DNA of 64,000 nucleotides from contig JANNHA010000071.1 in assembly GCA_031404135.1 (NCBI GenBank), positions 6,198-70,197 of the forward strand, given 5' to 3'. The position numbers were made by a program, and so were the translations under genes. Shown piece after piece: positions 25,306 to 33,253 of the stretch. The stretch is from Verrucomicrobiota bacterium (GTDB lineage Bacteria; Verrucomicrobiota; Verrucomicrobiia; Opitutales; Opitutaceae). The first letter of the stretch is position 1; the number at the start of each line of letters is the position of its first letter. The notes under the pieces are model-generated. The model saw only the letters and a list, made by a program, of their open reading frames with translations, had not been told where the DNA came from and made no database searches.

Positions 25306-25659
25306 ATGCACATGCACACAGTGCCCTTCGCCGAATTTCTTGTTTGGGTGAGCCGGGAGTTGCGGGAGGCGCGTAAGGAGAAGGCTCGTAAAATTGAAAC
25401 TTTGGGTGGCAGCAATGAGTTTCGCGTGTGTTGGGATTTCGGGAGGCAGCGCCTGCGTTTTTTGGATCGCAAGGCTTCGCCTCAAAGCATCGTTAGCTTG
25501 GCAAAAGTTTGGATGCGGTGGGAGTCCCTATCTCAGGAAGAACGTGGTCATCCTTCAAAATTCCAAGGGCGCACGCTCGACCGGGTCGCAGCTCCATTCG
25601 TGGCGGCGATTGTCCGCGAATATTGCGAATCCCTAAAACTTAAAAGCATCAAATCATAA
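25306..25659 (+). CDS. Hypothetical protein
   Basis: 117-aa ORF at the start of an AT-richer islet. Its last 23 codons lie in repeat copy 25591-25688. No family recognised. Confidence 0.4.
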   Translation: MHMHTVPFAEFLVWVSRELREARKEKARKIETLGGSNEFRVCWDFGRQRLRFLDRKASPQSIVSLAKVWMRWESLSQEERGHPSKFQGRTLDRVAAPFVAAIVREYCESLKLKSIKS

Positions 25660-25688
25660 CCCCAAAATACAACGAATGAAACTCACAC
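25591..25688 (+). repeat. About 95-nt junction repeat, copy 1 (3' end of the 117-aa ORF, spacer, and ATGAAACTCAC start)
   Basis: GCTCCATTCGTGGCGGCGATTGTCCGCGA...CTAAAAC...AAATCATAACCCCAAAA...ATGAAACTCAC aligns with 26129-26222. Confidence 0.7.
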
Positions 25689-26080
25689 TTAAAAACGATG
25701 CCGGACTAGTCCGCGAAGTTCCGACCGGACGCTCATACACAGGTTTTCTCTTCACGGGATTCACGATGATGATCCGTGGCATGGTAACCAAAGGACTGCT
25801 CTTCCTGCTGGTTGCCCTCCCGGTGCAAATGGTCTGTTCTTATTTCATCAGCGCAGGAATCGATAGTGTGGCGCAGGGCACTGATGCACTCACTGATACC
25901 GCTCCCTTGTTTTTTCTGGGGTTCATTGTCACCATTCCAAATCTCATTTTTTGGGAAAAGTTGAACAAGTGGACTGCACGACATTGGTTGGATCGCGGCT
26001 ACAAGCCCTGTGGACCAGGCTGGGAGCAATGGGGGCCTAAATACGGGTTGCAGGTCGATAGAAGCGACTTCGGCAAATAA
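25676..26080 (+). CDS. Small membrane protein (DUF2628-like)
   Basis: 134 aa. SYTGFLFTGFTMMIRGMVTKGLLFLLV plus a second TM segment and NKWTARHWLDRGYKP, resembling the YhaH/DUF2628 layout. Confidence 0.5.
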   Translation: MKLTLKNDAGLVREVPTGRSYTGFLFTGFTMMIRGMVTKGLLFLLVALPVQMVCSYFISAGIDSVAQGTDALTDTAPLFFLGFIVTIPNLIFWEKLNKWTARHWLDRGYKPCGPGWEQWGPKYGLQVDRSDFGK

Positions 26081-26128
26081 CCCAAAAGCTACATGCGCAG
26101 GCGAATCGTTATTGTAATTTCTATCGCG

Positions 26129-26222
26129 GCTCCATTCGTGGCGCGATTGTCCGCGACTATTTTCAACCTCTAAAACAACAGACCGACAAATCATACCCAA
26201 AAAATAATAGATGAAACTCACG
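26129..26222 (+). repeat. About 95-nt junction repeat, copy 2
   Basis: Same sequence family as 25591-25688, with a 1-nt deletion (GCGGCG to GCGCG) that breaks the relic reading frame. Ends in the ATGAAACTCAC start of the 333-aa ORF. Confidence 0.7.
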
Positions 26223-27212
26223 CACATCCTGCTCGCTCTCGGTGCTACTGTTGCCTCTACGCACCTTATTGCTCAAGAGGCCAAGCCCCCGACTGAATCG
26301 GTTTGGGAAATTGCAGTCTCGATTGATAAGGTTGGTTCTTTTCAGAAAACTACACTTGTGGACCTAACAGCTTCGGAACGGGTTCTAGCCGAAAAAATGC
26401 GACCGGCGATCAGTAAACTTACCGTCGATGATATCGATAGATTTGTTCCGCAGGCACAACAGCTTCAAACAATACTAAGTCCAGTAATTAAGTTGTTATC
26501 CACGGAAGGCAGCAGCAGCGAGGAGCGTGAACAAGGCTTCAGGCAAGCAGGTGGACCAGATGGTATAAGAAGTGTAATTATGCTCAGGTGTGCATTCGCT
26601 CTTTGGAATGAAGCTCAAGCAGGAAATCAAACGGTGGCTATCGAGGTTGAATCGCTTTTACAAAAGGCAAAAAAGGCCACGCACAGTTCGCCTATCTTCA
26701 AAGGCCTTTATCTCGGTATGCCTATTGAGGATGCGGCAAAGCTCCTTTCGTTTTATTACAAACGCCCTCTCAAGGTTTCCATCAATGATACACGGGCGCA
26801 GGTAATGATCAAAAATCCGGCGTTGGAGGGGATACCGAATGCGGAGCTCTTGTATCAGATCGATGTTGTGCTCGCTAGCACCCAGCCGAACAGTCGGTCC
26901 GTTTCTGCATTTTGTCTCCCTTCTTACCTCGTGGACTCAATGTTTGAATGCGGTGATCAGGATGCACGCCAGTTTTCGCGTAACTTCTGCGAAGCTTATC
27001 ACATTCCCCAAATGGCTTCTGAGATAATCGATCTGAAAACAATAATCGGGAAAGTCGTTGGGACACAGTCATTCTACTTTTATCGGGATGTCGCTTTCGA
27101 GCTGCGGATTTTCGATGATGCTGCTTTTGAAAAAAATGTTGATCCCGCAGTATTAAAGGCGAAGTCCATCAAACTTATTTCAATTACTACGCAAAAGACG
27201 GGCTTTAATTGA
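26211..27212 (+). CDS. Secreted hypothetical protein
   Basis: 333 aa with signal peptide MKLTHILLALGATVASTHLIA. No family recognised. Confidence 0.55.
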   Translation: MKLTHILLALGATVASTHLIAQEAKPPTESVWEIAVSIDKVGSFQKTTLVDLTASERVLAEKMRPAISKLTVDDIDRFVPQAQQLQTILSPVIKLLSTEGSSSEEREQGFRQAGGPDGIRSVIMLRCAFALWNEAQAGNQTVAIEVESLLQKAKKATHSSPIFKGLYLGMPIEDAAKLLSFYYKRPLKVSINDTRAQVMIKNPALEGIPNAELLYQIDVVLASTQPNSRSVSAFCLPSYLVDSMFECGDQDARQFSRNFCEAYHIPQMASEIIDLKTIIGKVVGTQSFYFYRDVAFELRIFDDAAFEKNVDPAVLKAKSIKLISITTQKTGFN

Positions 27213-27228
27213 GTATATATTAGCTCAT

Positions 27229-27438
27229 ATGATCATTTGGTCTACGTTAATTATTTGCGGGGTAATAGCTGGGGTAATGGCTCTAGCAGTTGCGTTTATT
27301 CCTAGCATAATAGCTTTTATCCGTGAGCATGAATATAAGTGGCCGATATTCCTAATAAACCTACTGCTTGGATGGACGATACTTGGATACGTCGTGGCAC
27401 TTGTCTGGTCGGTGATGCCCAAGGGCAAACTTTCTTGA
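27229..27438 (+). CDS. Superinfection-immunity-family small membrane protein (Imm_superinfect-like)
   Basis: 69 aa, two TM segments. IAFIREHEYKWPIFLINLLLGWTILGYVVALVWSV matches the conserved core of that family. Confidence 0.65.
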   Translation: MIIWSTLIICGVIAGVMALAVAFIPSIIAFIREHEYKWPIFLINLLLGWTILGYVVALVWSVMPKGKLS

Positions 27439-27447
27439 TCCCCCCAT

Positions 27448-28266
27448 ATGAGTGATACAAAAAAATGCCCATTCTGCGGTGAGGATATTCTCGCCGTTGC
27501 GATAAAATGTAAACACTGCGGCTCAGATCTATCTCAAGTGATCGCATCGAACGCCGCTGGAAATCTGGGGAAGGAATTGGTGGCTTCTATAGAAACGGTG
27601 ATCCGAGAAAAGCGACATGAGACAACAGGGAAGCTGTATTTCACTCATGATATTCCTAGCGATAAATTGGAGAAGGCAAAAAATAAATTCGCTGGCAAGT
27701 TATCTTCCCGGGAACGCGTGCTTATATTGGGAGAAAATAAGGCTCTGATGTTTCACCTGAGTGGATTCATTCTAACAGATAGTAATTTTTATTACTATGG
27801 GGTGAATGATTACTACAATGGCTTAGCGGGTTCACGTAAGGGGGTTGTTCCAATTCATCAGATTAAGAGCTTTGTGATTAAGAAAGGCTTCAATAGGAAC
27901 TTGGGCAGTTACGACCATTTCATTCTCAACGGCATGGGCCCCGACGAGTCGGACCTAATCCCTAAGTATTTTGAGTTTGGCGTGGGCGATCTTGAATTTC
28001 TAGGCGAACTGTTCGGAGCGTGTAGCGGCACGTTTATTGAATTGGATAAACAGATTCAAAAAGCTGCAGGGGCACCGACTTTGCAAAACACTTTTGCTTC
28101 AACAGCTCCTAAAAAGGCAGAGAAAACCGATAATCCTATAGAAGCAGGCGAGAAACCCAAGGCAGGCTGTTTCAAGTCGGGGTGCATGTTGATTATATTG
28201 ATTCCACTGTGCGTTGGGTTCTTGGCGCTAGCGTTATGGGCACTATGGTCTGGATTGATGTCATAG
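27448..28266 (+). CDS. Zinc-ribbon / bacterial PH-like / C-terminal TM protein
   Basis: KCPFCGEDILAVAIKCKHCGSDL zinc ribbon. YokE-like block IPSDKLEKAKNKFA...ERVLILGENKALMFHLSGFILTDSNFYYYG. Hydrophobic tail MLIILIPLCVGFLALALWALW. Confidence 0.6.
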   Translation: MSDTKKCPFCGEDILAVAIKCKHCGSDLSQVIASNAAGNLGKELVASIETVIREKRHETTGKLYFTHDIPSDKLEKAKNKFAGKLSSRERVLILGENKALMFHLSGFILTDSNFYYYGVNDYYNGLAGSRKGVVPIHQIKSFVIKKGFNRNLGSYDHFILNGMGPDESDLIPKYFEFGVGDLEFLGELFGACSGTFIELDKQIQKAAGAPTLQNTFASTAPKKAEKTDNPIEAGEKPKAGCFKSGCMLIILIPLCVGFLALALWALWSGLMS

Positions 28267-28404
28267 CGACAACCCGAGCTTAGGCACCTTGCGTTTGGTG
28301 GGTATGTGCGCCCGAAATTAGGCGACGCATTGTAAATGAAGTACCCGACAAAGTTGAGAGCGCAGATCGGTGGCGTGTGTCAGGGAGTGCCCCCCCCAAA
28401 GAGC

Positions 28405-29859
28405 TTACGTCGCCGTGCTTTTCAGGTATTGATCGATCGCCCGGGCGGAGCGTTTGCCGTCGCCCATGGCTAGGATGACTGTCGCGGCGCCGCGGACGAT
28501 GTCGCCGCCGGCGAAAACTCCAGGGAGGCTCGTCATGCCGTCTTCGTCCACTTCGATGTTGCCGCGTTTGTTGAGCTTCAACTCCGGGCACGTGGCGGTA
28601 AGGAGTGGATTGGCACGCGTGCCGATCGACACCACGACCACATCGCAATCGAGAATAAATTCAGAACCGGGAATAGGCGTTGGACTGCGGCGGCCGGAGG
28701 CGTCGGGTTCGCCGAGTTGCATGCGGATGCATTTCAGTCCGGTGACCCATTTCTTGTCGTTGCCGACCACTTCCAACGGAGCGACGAGGAATTCGAATTT
28801 AATGCCTTCTTGTTCGGCGTGGTGGAGTTCCTCAACGCGGGCGGGGAGTTCTTTGCGGGTGCGTCGATAAACAATGCTGGCGACTTCGGCACCGAGGCGT
28901 TTGGCGGTGCGCACGGCGTCCATGGCGACGTTGCCACCACCGACAACGGCGACGCGTTTGCCGACGAGTACTGGCGTGTCAGCCTGGGGAAATTCGTACG
29001 CAGCCATCAAGTTGACGCGCGTCAGGTATTCGTTAGCCGAATACACGCCCTTGAGGTTTTCGCCGGGCACGTTCATGAAGACCGGCAGGCCGGCGCCGTT
29101 GGCGATGAAGATGGCATCAAAACTTTGGCGCAGTTCGGGCAGCGTGTAGGTGCGGCCGATGACGACGTTGCACTCGATCTTCACGCCGGCGTCGACGAGG
29201 CGCTGGACTTCTTTGTCGACGATCTGCTTGGGTAAACGGAATTCTGGAATGCCGTACACGAGTACGCCGCCGGGTTGGTGAAGCGCTTCGTAAACAGTGA
29301 CGTCGTGGCCGGCTTTGGCGAGTTCGCCCGCGGCGGTGAGTCCGGCGGGTCCGCCGCCGACGACGGCGACTTTTTTTGGATTTTCGATTCTCGATTTTGG
29401 ATTTTCGATTTTGAGGCTTTCGGCGTGGTTCATGGCCCAGTCGGCCACAAAGCGTTCGAGATAGCCGATGCCGACTGATTCGCCTTTGAGGGCGCGGACG
29501 CACAGTTCTTCACATTGGGTTTCTTGCGGGCAAACGCGACCGGTGACGCACGGAAGGGCGTTGTCACCGAGCAGACTGTTGGCGGCGCCGGGGAGATCGC
29601 CCTTCGAGAGAAAATCGATGAAGCGTGGGATGTTGACGCGCACCGGGCAGCCTTGAACGCATTTTGGATCTTTGCACTGGATGCAGCGTTGGGCTTCGAG
29701 GACGGCGAGTTGTTCGGTCAGGCCGAGGTTGACCTCGCAGAAATTATGCGAGCGCTCGGTGGCGTCCTGCTCCGGCATACGCTGGCGCTGGATCGCGAGA
29801 CGTTCTTTAGGAGACATCTTTTTGGGTGCGGCGGGTGCGGATTCAGGAAGGTCGGACAT
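28405..29859 (-). CDS. nfnB: NADPH-dependent GltD-like oxidoreductase, large subunit of NfnAB/SudAB-type enzyme
   Basis: 484 aa. Two Cys clusters (CIQCKDPKCVQGCP; CPQETQCEELC), then VAVVGGGPAGLTAA and a second Rossmann motif VAVVGGGNVAMD. Paired with the PyrK-like subunit upstream. Confidence 0.85.
   Translation of the reverse strand: MSDLPESAPAAPKKMSPKERLAIQRQRMPEQDATERSHNFCEVNLGLTEQLAVLEAQRCIQCKDPKCVQGCPVRVNIPRFIDFLSKGDLPGAANSLLGDNALPCVTGRVCPQETQCEELCVRALKGESVGIGYLERFVADWAMNHAESLKIENPKSRIENPKKVAVVGGGPAGLTAAGELAKAGHDVTVYEALHQPGGVLVYGIPEFRLPKQIVDKEVQRLVDAGVKIECNVVIGRTYTLPELRQSFDAIFIANGAGLPVFMNVPGENLKGVYSANEYLTRVNLMAAYEFPQADTPVLVGKRVAVVGGGNVAMDAVRTAKRLGAEVASIVYRRTRKELPARVEELHHAEQEGIKFEFLVAPLEVVGNDKKWVTGLKCIRMQLGEPDASGRRSPTPIPGSEFILDCDVVVVSIGTRANPLLTATCPELKLNKRGNIEVDEDGMTSLPGVFAGGDIVRGAATVILAMGDGKRSARAIDQYLKSTAT
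29372..29413. repeat. In-frame heptamer array (TTTTTTG GATTTTC GATTCTC GATTTTG GATTTTC GATTTTG) inside nfnB
   Basis: Six 7-nt units (42 nt) encode KIENPKSRIENPKK just before the GGGPAG dinucleotide-binding motif. Confidence 0.7.
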
Positions 29860-29870
29860 GGGTGAAGGAA

Positions 29871-29965
29871 AGTAGCGAGGAGTGAGTAGCGGGTAGTGAG
29901 TAGGGGGAGCGGACGGAGTGTTTTGGGTTTGGCTACTCGTTACTCGCTACTGGATGCTCGCTACT
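29871..29965. repeat. Inverted pair of heptamer arrays in the nfnA-nfnB gap
   Basis: Left arm AGTAGCGAGGAGTGAGTAGCGGGTAGTGAGTAGGGGGAGCGG (GTAGNGA-type units). Right arm GGCTACTCGTTACTCGCTACTGGATGCTCGCTACT (CTACTCG-type units), overlapping the nfnA stop. Confidence 0.7.
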
Positions 29966-30803
29966 GTTTGAGCCCTACGCGGCAGGTGCCGTCCTTTTGA
30001 CAGGTGTTGGCTTCCTGCTCGTGGATTTTGTAGGTGGCGAGGCGGTCGGCGAGGAGATCGAAATCGACTTTGTGTCCGTCAAATTCGGGGCCTTCGACGC
30101 AGGCGAACTTGGTTTCGCCGCCGACTTCGACGCGGCAGCCACCGCACATGCCGGTGCCGTCCACCATGACGGGATTGAGCGAGACGATGGTGTGCACGCC
30201 GAAGGGCTTAGTAAGATTGGCGATGGCGCGCATCATCGGCACGGGGCCGACGGCGTAAACGATGTCAATGCCGCCAGCGGTGAGGATTTCTTTCGTGGCG
30301 TCGGTAACGAAACCTTTGCGGCCGTAGCTGCCGTCGTCGGTGCAGACCACGACGTCGCCGAGGCGCTTGAGTTCGTTTTCGAAAATGACCCATTCCTTTG
30401 AACGGCCGCCGATGACGCTGGTGACGTGCACGCCTTTCGCGTGCAGGCCTTGGGCGATCGGGTGAACGACAGCGGTGCCGACGCCGCCGCCGATGCAGAG
30501 GGCGCGACCTTTTTCAATGACCTCGGTGGGCATGCCGAGCGGGCCGGAGATGTCTTGAATCGAATCGCCGACCTCGAGCGCAACCAGTTCCTTGGTACTT
30601 TTACCGACGGCTTGGATTACGAGGGCAATCGTGCCGGCCTGGCGATCTACATCAGCGATCGTGAGCGGAATGCGTTCGGCGCGCGGGCCGCGTCGGACAA
30701 TGACGAACTGGCCAGGTTGGCGAATTTGGGCGATGCGTGCCGCTTCGACGTCGAGGCGGGTGACGTTGGGACTAAGCTGCGCTTTGGAGACGATGCGGTG
30801 CAT
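29961..30803 (-). CDS. nfnA: PyrK-like FAD/[2Fe-2S] subunit of NfnAB/SudAB-type oxidoreductase
   Basis: 280 aa. FAD/NAD-binding fold (RIPLTIAD, LCIGGGVGTA) and C-terminal Cys motif DGTGMCGGCRV...FACVEGPEF. Confidence 0.8.
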   Translation of the reverse strand: MHRIVSKAQLSPNVTRLDVEAARIAQIRQPGQFVIVRRGPRAERIPLTIADVDRQAGTIALVIQAVGKSTKELVALEVGDSIQDISGPLGMPTEVIEKGRALCIGGGVGTAVVHPIAQGLHAKGVHVTSVIGGRSKEWVIFENELKRLGDVVVCTDDGSYGRKGFVTDATKEILTAGGIDIVYAVGPVPMMRAIANLTKPFGVHTIVSLNPVMVDGTGMCGGCRVEVGGETKFACVEGPEFDGHKVDFDLLADRLATYKIHEQEANTCQKDGTCRVGLKQ

Positions 30804-30808
30804 CTTTT

Positions 30809-30842
30809 TAAGTGATAAGTTTTAAGTGGTAAGAGCTGTAAG
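30809..30842. repeat. Heptamer array with phased TAAG in the nfnA 5' leader
   Basis: TAAG at 30809, 30816, 30823 and 30830 (exact 7-nt phase), then 30839. The array starts 6 nt upstream of the minus-strand start codon. Confidence 0.65.
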
Positions 30843-30873
30843 CTTCAAAAGTGGCGCAGCAATTCCGAGGCCA

Positions 30874-31302
30874 TTAGCCGTTGAAGAGATCGACAGCTTT
30901 GAAGACGTTGGTGCCCGCTTTCTGTAGAACGTCGATGGCGCGGTCGAGATCGCTGAAGCGGATGATCATGATGGCGCGGCCGGTGCGGCAGGCAAAGGCG
31001 TACATGTATTCAACGGAGATGTTGTGCCAATCGAGCACGGTGAGGACAGAGGCGAGGCCGCCGGGTTTGTCGGGAATCTGGATGGCGAGGACGTCGCTTG
31101 AGGTAACGGCGTAGCCGGCTTTTTCAACGACGGCGCGGGCCTTGTCGGGCTCCGGTGTGATGACGCGCAATAAGCCGAATTCGCCGGCTTCGGAGAGCAT
31201 GAGGGTGCTGAGGTTCACGCCAGCATCCGCCAAAATCTGGCAGAGTTTGGAGAGGCGCCCGGGTTGGTTTTCGAGAAAGATGGAAATCTGGCGGATTTTC
31301 AT
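30874..31302 (-). CDS. ACT-domain protein (tandem ACT)
   Basis: 142 aa. ISIFLENQPGRLSKLCQILADAGVNL and a second ACT-like half IQIPDKPGGLASVLTVL. This position after paaK is typical. Confidence 0.75.
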   Translation of the reverse strand: MKIRQISIFLENQPGRLSKLCQILADAGVNLSTLMLSEAGEFGLLRVITPEPDKARAVVEKAGYAVTSSDVLAIQIPDKPGGLASVLTVLDWHNISVEYMYAFACRTGRAIMIIRFSDLDRAIDVLQKAGTNVFKAVDLFNG

Positions 31303-31312
31303 GGGGGAAGAA

Positions 31313-31423
31313 AGTAGCGAGTAACGGGTAGTGAGGAGCGAGTAGGTCGGAGTGGCGAGAATGAGCGCTGCGTGTGTGCTTTTTGGTCGATGCTCGCTAC
31401 TCGCTGCTCATTACTCGCTACTA
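31313..31423. repeat. Inverted pair of heptamer arrays in the paaK-ACT gap
   Basis: Left arm AGTAGCGAGTAACGGGTAGTGAGGAGCGAGTAGGTCGGAGTGG. Right arm GATGCTCGCTACTCGCTGCTCATTACTCGCTACTA, overlapping the paaK stop. Same family as 29871-29965. Confidence 0.7.
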
Positions 31424-32761
31424 CGCTTGGTTGCGCTGATCGATGAGGCGTTTGGCTTTGCCTTCGCTGCGTGGGATGCTGCCGGGTTGTGCGAGCGTGA
31501 CGGCGGCGTGCAGGCCGGTGATTTGCTCGATGCTTTTGCAAAAACGTTTTTGCAACTGCTCCATCGCGCCGACGTTGTCGCTGAGCATTTCGCCGGTGAT
31601 TTCGACGCGCACCTCCATCTGGTCCAGGCCACCTTTGCGTGTTAGGACGATCTGATAGTGCGGCAGGCTGGCTTCGGTCTTGAGGAGGGCGACTTCGATC
31701 TGCGATGGGAAAACGTTTACGCCGCGAATGATGAACATGTCGTCGCTGCGACGGCTGATGCGTCGGATACGGCGGCAGGTTCGGCCACAGCTACAAGGAC
31801 GCGTTTCGAAGGCGGTGATGTCGCGCGTGCGATAGCGGATAACTGGCATCGCCTGTTTGCTGAGTGTGGTGATGACGAGTTCGCCTTCGGTGCCGTCGGC
31901 GACGGGCTCGAGCGTTTTTGTGTCCACGATTTCGGCGAGGAAATGATCTTCGAAGATGTGCAGGCCGTCTTGGCATTCGCATTCGGCACCCACGCCGGGG
32001 CCGATGATTTCAGAGAGGCCGTAGATATCGAAAGCCTTCACACCGGAGGCGGATTCGATATATTGGCGCATCTCGTCGGTCCAAGGTTCGGCACCGAAGA
32101 CGCCGCGTTTCACCTTCAGGTCGCGCTTGAAATCGATGCCCATCTTCTGAGCGGTTTCGATTAGGTGGATGAAGTAGCTCGGTGTGCCGCAAATCGCGGT
32201 GACGCCAAAATCTTTCATCACCATGATCTGGCGTTCGCTGTTGCCGCCGGAGATAGGGATGACGGTTGCGCCGATGCCTTCGAGGCCGCCATGCAGGCCG
32301 AGGCCGCCAGTGAAGAGACCGTAGCCGTACATGTTTTGCACGATGTCGCCACGCGAATAGCCGGCGGCGTAGAGGGTGCGCATGATGACCTGTTTCCAGA
32401 CTTCCATGTCCTGCGCGGTATAACCAACGACAATCGGCTTACCCGTGGTGCCGCTCGATGCGTGGAGGCGAACGACCTCGCTCATCGGCACGGCGAAAAG
32501 GCCGTACGGGTAGGTGTCGCGCAGATCGGTTTTCACCATGAACGGCAGCTTGGCGATGTCGGTGAGTGTGTGGACATCGGCGGGCTTGAGGCCATTGGCG
32601 TCCATGCGCTCGCGAAAGAGTTTTACCTTTTCGTAGGAGAGCGTGATGACGGCCTTGAGCCGTTGGAGTTGAACCTCGCGCAAGCGGGATTCGGGCATGT
32701 AGTCGAGCGCGCTCTCGGGGAAGAACGTGCCTTCAAGATCGTTCCAGAGGTGGGGTATCAT
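31421..32761 (-). CDS. paaK: Phenylacetate-CoA ligase family (PaaK / F390-synthetase-like) adenylating enzyme
   Basis: 446 aa. SSGTTGKPIVVGY AMP-binding motif, and a domain order typical of PaaK. Confidence 0.85.
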   Translation of the reverse strand: MIPHLWNDLEGTFFPESALDYMPESRLREVQLQRLKAVITLSYEKVKLFRERMDANGLKPADVHTLTDIAKLPFMVKTDLRDTYPYGLFAVPMSEVVRLHASSGTTGKPIVVGYTAQDMEVWKQVIMRTLYAAGYSRGDIVQNMYGYGLFTGGLGLHGGLEGIGATVIPISGGNSERQIMVMKDFGVTAICGTPSYFIHLIETAQKMGIDFKRDLKVKRGVFGAEPWTDEMRQYIESASGVKAFDIYGLSEIIGPGVGAECECQDGLHIFEDHFLAEIVDTKTLEPVADGTEGELVITTLSKQAMPVIRYRTRDITAFETRPCSCGRTCRRIRRISRRSDDMFIIRGVNVFPSQIEVALLKTEASLPHYQIVLTRKGGLDQMEVRVEITGEMLSDNVGAMEQLQKRFCKSIEQITGLHAAVTLAQPGSIPRSEGKAKRLIDQRNQA

Positions 32762-33240
32762 GGGGTGCGGCCGAGGGTGAAAGCGGCGTCGTTAGCGATG
32801 TGGAGTTTCTCGGGGAAATTTGCGCGGAGGCTTTCACGCCAGGCGCTTTCGGGAAAATCGAAGTGGCGGCTCAGGCGGCCGAGCATGGCGACGTTGAGTG
32901 CTTTGGCCGATGGTAACTTGGTCGTGTCAATATCGGCCGGGACGATCAGCGTGCCGCCTTCGCGCAGGCCGCCACGGACGACGTCGATCTGAGTCGGCTC
33001 CATGACGATGAGAAAATCGCAGGCGCCGTCGGGAATCATCGGACTGTGGACTTCGGAGCCGAAGCGAACATCGGATTGAACTGAGCCGCCGCGTTGACTC
33101 ATGCCATGAACTTCCGCCTTTTTGACGGTGTGGTTTAGGCGAAACACGATATCGGCGAAGATATCGGAGGCTTTGATGACGCCGGTGCCGCCGAGGCCGG
33201 CGAAACGGACGTTGGTGGTTTGGACCTGGTTTGAAGTCAT
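32758..33240 (-). CDS. iorB: Indolepyruvate:ferredoxin oxidoreductase beta subunit
   Basis: NVRFAGLGGTGVIKASDIFA...EVHGMSQRGGSV, typical of IorB / the gamma domain of 2-oxoacid:Fd oxidoreductases. The ATG at 33240 is preferred over the ORF start at 33312. Confidence 0.85.
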   Translation of the reverse strand: MTSNQVQTTNVRFAGLGGTGVIKASDIFADIVFRLNHTVKKAEVHGMSQRGGSVQSDVRFGSEVHSPMIPDGACDFLIVMEPTQIDVVRGGLREGGTLIVPADIDTTKLPSAKALNVAMLGRLSRHFDFPESAWRESLRANFPEKLHIANDAAFTLGRTP

Positions 33241-33253
33241 GGGGCGTGGCTCG

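Noticed and set aside
28280-28648. 122-aa Arg/His-rich minus-strand ORF overlapping the 3' end of nfnB in another frame
   Set aside because: It overlaps the well-supported nfnB frame, and its composition is typical of out-of-frame translation of GC-rich coding DNA.
29871-31423. Possibility that the repeated GTAGCGA arrays are a CRISPR array or a minisatellite-coded peptide
   Set aside because: Units are 7 nt with no spacers. Arrays are only 30-50 nt long, occur as inverted pairs and are scattered across the window. This is not CRISPR architecture, and no cas genes are present.
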